Assembly (NCBI GenBank): GCA_030606485.1 | Contig: JAUWGH010000004.1 | Coordinates: 270,001 to 302,000 of the forward strand | Source: Promethearchaeota archaeon | GTDB lineage: Archaea; Asgardarchaeota; Lokiarchaeia; Sigyniarchaeales; SOKP01 | DNA: 32,000 nt | Direction: 5' to 3' | Shown here: in pieces, positions 24,145-32,000 of the stretch | Layout: the number at the start of each line of letters is the position of its first letter | How positions within the stretch are numbered: position 1 is the first letter of the stretch | Position numbers and translations under genes: made by a program | The notes under the pieces: model-generated | Seen by the model: only the letters and a program-made list of their open reading frames with translations | Database searches by the model: none | What the model was told of the DNA's origin: nothing

Positions 24145-24623
24145 AATTTCACTTAAAACTTCATTTATAAGAATAATTTTTCGCACTTTTTATAATTCTT
24201 TCTTTAAAAATTTCGCACGATTAGTATTAATTTCTTAAAAATTTCATATTGAATAATTTTATCTATTAAATAGCCGCTCCAAAAATCAAGTAGATTATAA
24301 TATTCCAAATATTTTAGATATATTGATTTGGAAGAATTATTGAGACAAATTGAAATTTGTATGTAAGGAAAATTAAATAGTATTTATATTTTTAAACTTG
24401 ATAATATGTTAAAAGAGATTGATAAATGGTTGGAAATGACTTCTAATGTGAAGCCCAGAAAGTCTCCATTATTTACTTCTGAAAAAAGAGATTTCATATA
24501 TCGAGTTTATAAAAAATATTTGATACAACGGATTTAATTGTCTTATAAAAAACCAATTTCTTATTTATTATAGAAAATAAATTCATTAAAGTTATTTTTA
24601 TTGTAAGTAAATATTATAATATT

Positions 24624-25460
24624 ATGAGTTTTGCCGATATTAATGGAATAAAGCTTTGTTATGAGATTTACGGCAGCGATAATAATATTCCAATAATATT
24701 AATTCATGGGTTTGGTGCAAAAAAAGAGATTTGGAACTCACAAGTGGGGGCGTTAAGTAAAAAGTTTAAAGTAGTTACGTTTGATATTCGTGGTTCTGGT
24801 AAATCCGACCGCCCAAATAAACCTTATACTATGGAGATGTTTGCAGATGATATAAAAGGTTTAATGGATTATCTACATCTCAAAAAAGTTCATTTAATTG
24901 GAAGATCTTTGGGTGGGATGATTGCTCAGCATTTTACCTTAAATTATCCTGAATGTGTAGATAAATTAGTGCTAATTACTACTAATCCGGGAATACCAGA
25001 TGAGCAAGGAGCCGAAATGGTTAAAGAATCCTATATTGAAGGTTTAAAACGACTTAAAGAAGATCCAGTGAAAGAATTTTGGCAAAAAGCTCGAGTATTA
25101 TATTATAAAGAATTTAGAAAACAAATGGAAGCTAATCCTAAGAAAAAATTTCATGGAATTTGGTCAGTAGAGGATCTTATAAGAGAAAGTACGATAGATC
25201 CACCAACTCCTCAAGATATTGAAAATCGAGCACATGCCATTGCGAAACATAATACATTAGAAAGATTGAGTGAAATTAAAAACAAAACTTTATTACTTGC
25301 AGCTTCTCACGATAGATTAACTCCTAGATCATCTATGGTTGAGATGCATAAAAGAATTCCAAATAGTACCTTAAAGATTATTGAAAAAGCAGGACATTTT
25401 ATGACATTATCAAGAGCTCCCGAAATAAATAAGATTATCATAGATTTTTTAGAAGATTAA
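24624..25460 (+). CDS. Alpha/beta hydrolase
   Basis: LIHGFG, FDIRGSGKSD, nucleophile elbow GRSLGG, HD acid and AGH histidine. Confidence 0.92.
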   Translation: MSFADINGIKLCYEIYGSDNNIPIILIHGFGAKKEIWNSQVGALSKKFKVVTFDIRGSGKSDRPNKPYTMEMFADDIKGLMDYLHLKKVHLIGRSLGGMIAQHFTLNYPECVDKLVLITTNPGIPDEQGAEMVKESYIEGLKRLKEDPVKEFWQKARVLYYKEFRKQMEANPKKKFHGIWSVEDLIRESTIDPPTPQDIENRAHAIAKHNTLERLSEIKNKTLLLAASHDRLTPRSSMVEMHKRIPNSTLKIIEKAGHFMTLSRAPEINKIIIDFLED

Positions 25461-25597
25461 ATAAAATTATTATCAAATCTTTTTAGTTTCAATTAGATTT
25501 GATTTATTACACAGATATTTAATAATAAAAAGAAAAAAAATATTTTAGTATTAAATACTAAAGATAATTAACAGCAAAATTTAGAGCGTAATTAAAA

Positions 25598-26368
25598 ATG
25601 AGAAAACAGGTTATAGGTGGAAATTGGAAAATGCACTTGGGAATACCACAAGAAGCCCAGGTATTTGTTGAGAAATTAATTCATATAGTTAAGGATTTAA
25701 ATAATGTTGATATTGTAATTGCGCCGCCTTTTACTGTTTTATATGAAGTCTCAAAAATAATTAAAAGCACAAATATTAATTTATCTGGGCAAAATATGTA
25801 TTTTGAAGATAAGGGTGCATTTACGGGAGATATCTCACCTATTTTTCTTAAAGATGTCGGTTGTAATTATGTTATATTGGGACATAGTGAAAGAAGGAAT
25901 ATTTTTGGAGAAACAGATGAATTGATAAATAAAAAGTTAAAAAAGGCGCTTTTTATTGGATTGAATCCAATTGTATGTATTGGGGAACAGCTTGAAAAAA
26001 GGGAACAAGGAAAGACGGAAGAGATAATCGATTATCAATTGAAAAATACATTTAAATATTTATCAAAGGAAGAAATTATAAAAACGATCATTGCGTATGA
26101 ACCTGTTTGGGCAATTGGAACTGGAAAGACAGCAACACCTGAACAGGCAGAAGAAGTTCATAAATTTATCCGGGAATATATAAATAAGACTTATGGTTTA
26201 TATACAGCAGAAAAAGTTAGGATCCAATATGGCGGCTCTATAAAACCAAATAATGCTGGGGATATATTTAATCAGCCTAATATTGATGGTGGATTAGTTG
26301 GCGGCGCATCACTCAATATTGATTCGTTTTATGAGATTTTAAAAGCCGCAAATGAAGTTAGTAAATAA
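25598..26368 (+). CDS. tpiA: Triosephosphate isomerase (bacterial/eukaryotic type)
   Basis: GNWKM, ILGHSERR, AYEPVWAIGTG, YGGSIKP, LVGGASL. Confidence 0.98.
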   Translation: MRKQVIGGNWKMHLGIPQEAQVFVEKLIHIVKDLNNVDIVIAPPFTVLYEVSKIIKSTNINLSGQNMYFEDKGAFTGDISPIFLKDVGCNYVILGHSERRNIFGETDELINKKLKKALFIGLNPIVCIGEQLEKREQGKTEEIIDYQLKNTFKYLSKEEIIKTIIAYEPVWAIGTGKTATPEQAEEVHKFIREYINKTYGLYTAEKVRIQYGGSIKPNNAGDIFNQPNIDGGLVGGASLNIDSFYEILKAANEVSK

Positions 26369-26614
26369 ATATTATATCTTAATCTTTGAATAGATTTAAT
26401 TAAAGCTGGATTATTCTCCTTGCATTTATAAAGATAGAAACAAGTAGAATAATGTTAGAAATCAAAGCAAAAAATTAATTTAAGTATAAAAATAGAGATT
26501 CTTGTTTCTAATAGAAAAAAAGAAATAGCAATTTCAAAACATATTTGAGAGTTTTTAATTAAGTTCTTCATTTCAATCGTAGTGATGATTTATTTTGTAT
26601 TAAATAATCAAAAA

Positions 26615-26661
26615 GAAAATTCAAGGACTTTATAAATAATTTAAGTAAAGGGATAATGTAA
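26615..26661 (+). promoter_or_regulatory. Conserved upstream/TATA block of ATPase copy 2
   Basis: Homologous to 16696-16743 and contains TTTATAAATA. Confidence 0.55.
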
Positions 26662-26716
26662 AAGAAAGATAAATTAAGGCTAATTAGCGATTATAAAAAT
26701 ATGAAAAATAGAGCAT

Positions 26717-28432
26717 ATGACTAAATATAAAGAATGGGGGAAAATCCAAAGAGATTATAATGTCAAAAGAAATAAGCTATATGAAACTATAAGTATTGAA
26801 AAAAAGAGAGAATTAATCGATTTAGACGCACCTTCTAGGAAAGATTCCAAAAGTGGAATGATTAAAATTGGTAAATCCCTAGTTGTAAAAAAATCTTTTT
26901 TGTTAAAAAGACCTAAATATAAAAAAAAGCATAATATTTTTCTAAGCGAAGAGGATCTGCATAGACATGTTTTCATTAGCGGCTTAACGGGAGCAGGAAA
27001 GACAAATTTTGTTAAAAACTTTTTATTTAATTTTATTAGAAAATTTAATGTTAATTTTTTAATCATTCAAATAAAGAATGATTTCGACTTTTTTAAGAAT
27101 TATTTTAAAGATCTTGAAATATATTCTCCTGGTGAGAATTTTTCTATTGATATTTTTAATCCTGGAACAGTTGGTCCCTTAATTCATGCTGAAAGAATAT
27201 TTGGAATGTTTAAAAATACCAGATTAATTGATTCTTCAAGTGAATTTTCCCCTCAAATGGAGAAAGTTCTTGTAGATGTTTTAACAGAAGTATGTAGAAG
27301 TAAAGATTCAAAAAATTGGCAAAACTTTTATGAAATTTGTAATGTATATTTTAAGAATCATAAACATGAAATTCCACAATTAGCGCAAACTTTAATTAGT
27401 ATAAAAAACAGAATTCGGAGATTTTCGGAAGGGCCTTTAAAAAAAGTGTTTAATAATAAAAATTCAATACCAATCAGTAAAATTTTAAATAATAATTGTA
27501 TTTTGAATTTGAACTCAATCATTAGACTTGGAGGAGATAAAGAGGATATTTATTTCTTTTTAATGTTAGTTTTAAAGAATATCTGGGATTATAATGTTTC
27601 TGCCGGTATATTTAATAGGTTAAAGCATCTAACAATTGTTGACGATGCAACATATTTTATGCCTAAGGAAAGTTCTCAGAATGATAAAATTAGCACATAT
27701 CTTGAAGACATTGCATTGCTCCAGAGAGGTACGGGTGAGAGTTTAATGGCTATTGCCACAAGACCCGATATCAGTGAAAATATTTTGGCTAATTCGGGTT
27801 TGGTTATAGGTTTTGAAACACATTTTAAGAAAAAAAATTTCGCTGAATTATTAAATTTACCCGAAGAGAAGTATATGTATCTCTCTTTATTAAAAAAGGG
27901 GCAATGTATAATTAGAACGCCCTCTATTAAAAATCCCTTTCTTTTACAAGTTCCTTGGGTAAAAGAAACTCATATCTCAAGAAAATCATCAAAAGTAAAA
28001 AAGAAGGAAAAGAATATCGATATGATTTTATTGAAGGATAAGAGACAAAATAAAATCAATTTTAAAAAAACCAATAAAGCAATCAAAATTAAAAACCTCA
28101 ATTTTCGACTCAATTTTACTCGAAATTGTTTTCATTCTGGGGATTATTCCAGCTGTTATTTCATTTGTTTAGAGATTATTGACTATATTGTTGATCAACT
28201 TGTATATCGATTAAATTATAAATTTGGAGGTGTTGAAAAACTTTTACTTGATATTGAGCAAAATAATCTTTCGGATCGCATTAAAATTTATCCCGAGTTA
28301 AAATTAATTTCAGACAATATTAAAAATACTAAACAAAAAAAAATGATCTCACGTAACGATGTTTTAGAACTATTTGAACAAATTCGTAAGATTTTCAATA
28401 AATATAAATATGCTGAAATTAACGCTCTTTAA
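26717..28432 (+). CDS. HerA/FtsK-superfamily (DUF87-like) ATPase, copy 2
   Basis: HVFISGLTGAGKT and LTIVDD. Long identical stretches with 16799..18415, e.g. LIDSSSEFSPQMEKVLVDV and NDKISTYLEDIALLQRGTGESL. Confidence 0.75.
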   Translation: MTKYKEWGKIQRDYNVKRNKLYETISIEKKRELIDLDAPSRKDSKSGMIKIGKSLVVKKSFLLKRPKYKKKHNIFLSEEDLHRHVFISGLTGAGKTNFVKNFLFNFIRKFNVNFLIIQIKNDFDFFKNYFKDLEIYSPGENFSIDIFNPGTVGPLIHAERIFGMFKNTRLIDSSSEFSPQMEKVLVDVLTEVCRSKDSKNWQNFYEICNVYFKNHKHEIPQLAQTLISIKNRIRRFSEGPLKKVFNNKNSIPISKILNNNCILNLNSIIRLGGDKEDIYFFLMLVLKNIWDYNVSAGIFNRLKHLTIVDDATYFMPKESSQNDKISTYLEDIALLQRGTGESLMAIATRPDISENILANSGLVIGFETHFKKKNFAELLNLPEEKYMYLSLLKKGQCIIRTPSIKNPFLLQVPWVKETHISRKSSKVKKKEKNIDMILLKDKRQNKINFKKTNKAIKIKNLNFRLNFTRNCFHSGDYSSCYFICLEIIDYIVDQLVYRLNYKFGGVEKLLLDIEQNNLSDRIKIYPELKLISDNIKNTKQKKMISRNDVLELFEQIRKIFNKYKYAEINAL

Positions 28433-28567
28433 GATTTAAATGATTTTCTACATTTTGAAATCAGTTGGAGCAAACAATACTTGCTTCCCGTATTTCACAT
28501 CCTTTTATTTTATGAAAAAGGTTGTATATTTTCTATATCTTCTCCAGTATAATGGATCTCAATTTGT

Positions 28568-29107
28568 TTAAACACGATAAATTTTTTTCTGATTAAAAGT
28601 AAAATTCCTACCAGTCAAATGATAAGGGATTTCTACTTTTTTAACATCTATTCTATTATTTTTTAAAAAATCCTCATTTCCTAGACATGTTACAACCTTA
28701 CCAATAAATAAAGTGTGATCTCCGTAAACCTTACTATCGATCAGCTTACATTCTATGTGGCAAATGCACTCTTTTATTCGAGGACACTTCACATTTATTC
28801 CATCTAATGATGTTAAGCCTGTTTCTTTGAATTTATTTACTTTTTTCCCAGAGATTTGACCACAATACATTAGTTTTTTTAATATTTCGCTTGTAGGAAT
28901 ATTAATTGTGAATTCTCCTTGATCTTTAATTAAATTATGCGAAAATCTTAAGGGCGACACAGAAATTCCTACAATAGGAGGATTTCTACTTATAATTAAA
29001 TTCCAAGCAAGTGGAATAATATTAATCGGAAAAGTCGTGACTAAAATTGTTTGTCTTGGATGCATTAATCCAATATGATTTGTATTTGCTAATTTTTTAA
29101 AACCCAT
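28568..29107 (-). CDS. Flavin reductase-like (DIM6/NTAB family) protein
   Basis: P...ILVTT, GISVSPLRFSHNLIK..GEFTINIP, GDHTLFIGKV. Confidence 0.88.
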   Translation of the reverse strand: MGFKKLANTNHIGLMHPRQTILVTTFPINIIPLAWNLIISRNPPIVGISVSPLRFSHNLIKDQGEFTINIPTSEILKKLMYCGQISGKKVNKFKETGLTSLDGINVKCPRIKECICHIECKLIDSKVYGDHTLFIGKVVTCLGNEDFLKNNRIDVKKVEIPYHLTGRNFTFNQKKIYRV

Positions 29108-29177
29108 GAATTTTTAAATTCTTTTATTTTATTTATTATTTTACTATTAATAATCTAATTAAATTGAAATATAAATA

Positions 29178-31019
29178 ATGTGCGGAATTTTTGGAGTTAT
29201 ATCAAATCAAGATACCCCTATAGGGAGTATTGTACTTGAAGGAATTAAACGATTGGAATATCGAGGATATGATTCTGTAGGCATTGCCTCACAATTTAAC
29301 GGAAAAATATTTGTGAAAAAAGATTCTGGAAAAATCAATGATGTTCATAAAAAAATAAAATTAGATGATTTTCCAGGAACTATTGCGATTGCGCACACTA
29401 GATGGGCCACCCATGGTGCTCCAATTAAAGAGAATAGTCATCCACATTTAGATTGTTCAAATAAAATAGCAGTAGTACATAATGGAATTATTGAAAATTT
29501 TATGACTCTAAAAGAAGAACTCATTCAAAGGGGGCATAATTTTAAATCTGACACAGATACAGAGATTATTCCACATTTAATTGAAGAGAAAATGAAGGAA
29601 GGGTTAGACTTTAAGGATTCAATAATTGAAGCTTTAAAAATCTGTAAAGGGTCATATGGATTAGCCATTCTAAGCTTATATATCCCAGATACTATTATTG
29701 CTGTAAGAAAAGAATCTCCGATTATAATTGGGATTGAACCCGGAGTAGCAACCTATTGTGCATCAGATTTTCCAGCTTTTCTGCCATTAACAAAAACATA
29801 TTACATTTTGGAGGATTGTGAGATGGCGATTTTAAAAGCAGGAGAGGTAGAATTTTATGATATGAATACTTCAGAGATAATTGAGAAGAAATCTCAACAA
29901 ATTGAGTGGAGTATTGATGCAGCAGAAAAGGGAGGATATAAACATTTTATGTTAAAAGAAATATATGAACAGCCTGAAGCTTTGAAACGGACATTGAAGA
30001 TTTCGAATGAAGATATTAAAATTTTTGCCCAAATACTTTTGGCTGCCAATGATATTTATATTACTGGTGCTGGAACCTCACTATTTGCTTCCTTAGCTGG
30101 AAAATTTATTATTTCCAAATTTTTAGGTAAATATATTCAGGCAATTGAATGTTCTGAGTTAAAAGGTCAGTTAACAAATTGTTTAAGGGATAATTCAGTA
30201 ATAATTGCAGTTTCACAATCAGGTGAGACAATAGATACAATTGAGGCTATTCGCTGGGCCAAAAAAGCACAAAATTTAAAAATTTTATCGATAACTAATG
30301 CTGTAGGATCATCAATTACAAGATATTCAGATCACTTTATAATTACACAAGCTGGTCCTGAAATTGGAGTCGCTGCTACAAAAACTTACTCTTGCCAAGT
30401 ACTTACACTTGCATTAATCGCGTTGGAGATTGCAAAATTGAGAAAAATAGAACCAGAAAGTGAAATACAAAACTATTACAAGGCTTTAAAATCAACACCT
30501 CAAATAATTGAGAATTTTTTGAGTAATAATATTAATTTAATTAGAAAAATTGTAAAAGATTTAGAGAAACATTCGAGTTATTTCTTTTTAGCTCGTGGGA
30601 TATCAATTGGTACAGCTAAAGAAGGTGGATTAAAGTTAAAAGAAGTAGCTTGTAGATTCATTGAAGGATATTCTGCAGCTGCAGCAAAACATGGTCCCAT
30701 TGCATTGGTACGAAAAGGATACCCCATTGTTTTTATCGCACCGCCAGATGAGACTTATGTTAGATTAATCGGAAATTTAATGGAATTTAAATCAAGAGGG
30801 GGCAAAATTATCTCCATTGTTGTAGAAAGTGATAAAAAAGTTAAAGTACATAGTGATATGACAATTGATATACCTCAACCAGCCGATATATACCATAATA
30901 TATTTAGTCCAATTACCTTTATTCCAGCATTACAGTTGCTTGCATATTATACAGCAATTTTCCATGGACTCGACCCAGATATGCCATTGAACTTAAGTAA
31001 GACTGTTACAGTTCATTAA
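29178..31019 (+). CDS. glmS: Glutamine--fructose-6-phosphate aminotransferase
   Basis: MCGIFG, LEYRGYDS, HTRWATHG, SQSGET, EIGVAATK, LKLKE, KHGP, NLSKTVT. Confidence 0.97.
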   Translation: MCGIFGVISNQDTPIGSIVLEGIKRLEYRGYDSVGIASQFNGKIFVKKDSGKINDVHKKIKLDDFPGTIAIAHTRWATHGAPIKENSHPHLDCSNKIAVVHNGIIENFMTLKEELIQRGHNFKSDTDTEIIPHLIEEKMKEGLDFKDSIIEALKICKGSYGLAILSLYIPDTIIAVRKESPIIIGIEPGVATYCASDFPAFLPLTKTYYILEDCEMAILKAGEVEFYDMNTSEIIEKKSQQIEWSIDAAEKGGYKHFMLKEIYEQPEALKRTLKISNEDIKIFAQILLAANDIYITGAGTSLFASLAGKFIISKFLGKYIQAIECSELKGQLTNCLRDNSVIIAVSQSGETIDTIEAIRWAKKAQNLKILSITNAVGSSITRYSDHFIITQAGPEIGVAATKTYSCQVLTLALIALEIAKLRKIEPESEIQNYYKALKSTPQIIENFLSNNINLIRKIVKDLEKHSSYFFLARGISIGTAKEGGLKLKEVACRFIEGYSAAAAKHGPIALVRKGYPIVFIAPPDETYVRLIGNLMEFKSRGGKIISIVVESDKKVKVHSDMTIDIPQPADIYHNIFSPITFIPALQLLAYYTAIFHGLDPDMPLNLSKTVTVH

Positions 31020-31095
31020 ATAAATTAGTAGCTTTAACGCTGTAAAAAATAATTTTATATTTCGTAGTAAAATAATATATATAAAAACGAGATAA

Positions 31096-31998
31096 TTAAT
31101 TACTGTTTTTTTGCAAAATATTAATTTCTATACCTTTTTGTTCAAGTATCATTTTATTAGCGAGTAACTCTCGACCAGCAATTTTATCCACTATATAAAT
31201 TAGATTACCACCCTTTTCAGAGTATTTCTGACCATAGGAAATGGGAATATTTGGTGTAGGATCAACTAATAGCGATTCGGCAACTGCCTTTTCTTTTCGT
31301 TTGCCAGTAGCTAGCAGGACTACTGTTTTCGCTTTATAAACTAATTCTGCACCCATGCTAATAGCATAATGTGGGCTATCTTTTTCTGAGGGAAAATGTC
31401 CATCGATAACGGCATTTTTTATCGTGTTATCGTCAAGTTTAACTAACATGATATTACTACCATCAAAAGGAATTCCCGATTCATGGAAAGCTACATGGCC
31501 ACGTCCACCAACTCCTATAATTTGCAAATCAATACCTCCAATATCCTTAATTTTTTGGGCATATCCATCCAAGATTGTTTTACGGATCCAAGCTAGATAT
31601 TCTGAAACTGGATTATCTATGATATCAATTGATTTACCAGCATCTGTGCCCAATTCACGCCAATCATCTGGATGACCTTTTAATTCTTGTATGAGAATTT
31701 CTTGATCGATTAAGCACCCATAAGGAACAGTTGTTTCTATGAATTTATTGACAAGATGTCCAAAAAATTCTTGAATCATAAAATAACAGTAGCTCTCCGG
31801 ATGTATCGTGCGTTGTTGAACATTTTCACCTGGAAGGCCAATATATTCATCAAGGTTGAAACTGCGGATCCGACTACTATCAAATTCACCAGCGTTAGCC
31901 ATTCTCGCTAAATGTTTATAAAGACCAGTAGGCGAATTTCCTGTTGCTAATCCAATAACGAATTCTTTTTTCTTCTGTAACGTTTGGTTGATATTATC
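31096..31998 (-). CDS. nagB: Glucosamine-6-phosphate deaminase (5' end outside window)
   Basis: The frame stays open to the window edge and adds IGLATGNSPTGLY upstream of the track start. Also FNLDEYIGL, GGIDLQIIGVGGRGHVAFHE and AISMG. Confidence 0.9.
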   Translation of the reverse strand, partial: DNINQTLQKKKEFVIGLATGNSPTGLYKHLARMANAGEFDSSRIRSFNLDEYIGLPGENVQQRTIHPESYCYFMIQEFFGHLVNKFIETTVPYGCLIDQEILIQELKGHPDDWRELGTDAGKSIDIIDNPVSEYLAWIRKTILDGYAQKIKDIGGIDLQIIGVGGRGHVAFHESGIPFDGSNIMLVKLDDNTIKNAVIDGHFPSEKDSPHYAISMGAELVYKAKTVVLLATGKRKEKAVAESLLVDPTPNIPISYGQKYSEKGGNLIYIVDKIAGRELLANKMILEQKGIEINILQKNSN

Positions 31999-32000
31999 TT

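Noticed and set aside
967-31675. Other short track ORFs overlapping longer genes (967, 2747, 3312, 4681, 5603, 6620, 8029, 8391, 8862, 11951, 13576, 14022, 17626, 20151, 20367, 26755, 31424)
   Set aside because: They lie antisense or out of frame within or across well-supported genes and show no motifs.

Overview
AT-rich archaeal DNA, most consistent with an Asgard (Lokiarchaeia-like) genome. That placement is inferred from the gene set: hypF, hdrCB, a bacterial-type tpiA and TATA-type promoters. Housekeeping flanks are hypF end, three paralogous membrane LbH proteins, a QueG-like Fe-S protein, hdrC-hdrB and an LMW-PTP (1-5.9 kb), and an alpha/beta hydrolase, tpiA, a HerA-like ATPase, a flavin reductase, glmS and nagB (24.6-32 kb). 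Between them lies an accessory island of about 18 kb with no integrase or transposase. The island's main features are: (i) an 892-aa group II intron-type reverse transcriptase/maturase fused to four 69-aa Zn-ribbon repeats and a Vsr-like endonuclease, with no recognisable intron RNA; (ii) three ungapped 77-bp repeats that partition RT, HEPN, AlbA_2 and nucleotidyltransferase genes into cassette-like blocks; (iii) a tight four-gene operon (TrmB-like, YwgA-like wHTH, Rad50/SMC ATPase, HNH nuclease) whose HNH gene has one premature TAA and was missed by the ORF track; (iv) a second HerA-like ATPase followed by an 11-codon tpiA 5' stub. All family calls come from motif recognition by eye; no database search was run.
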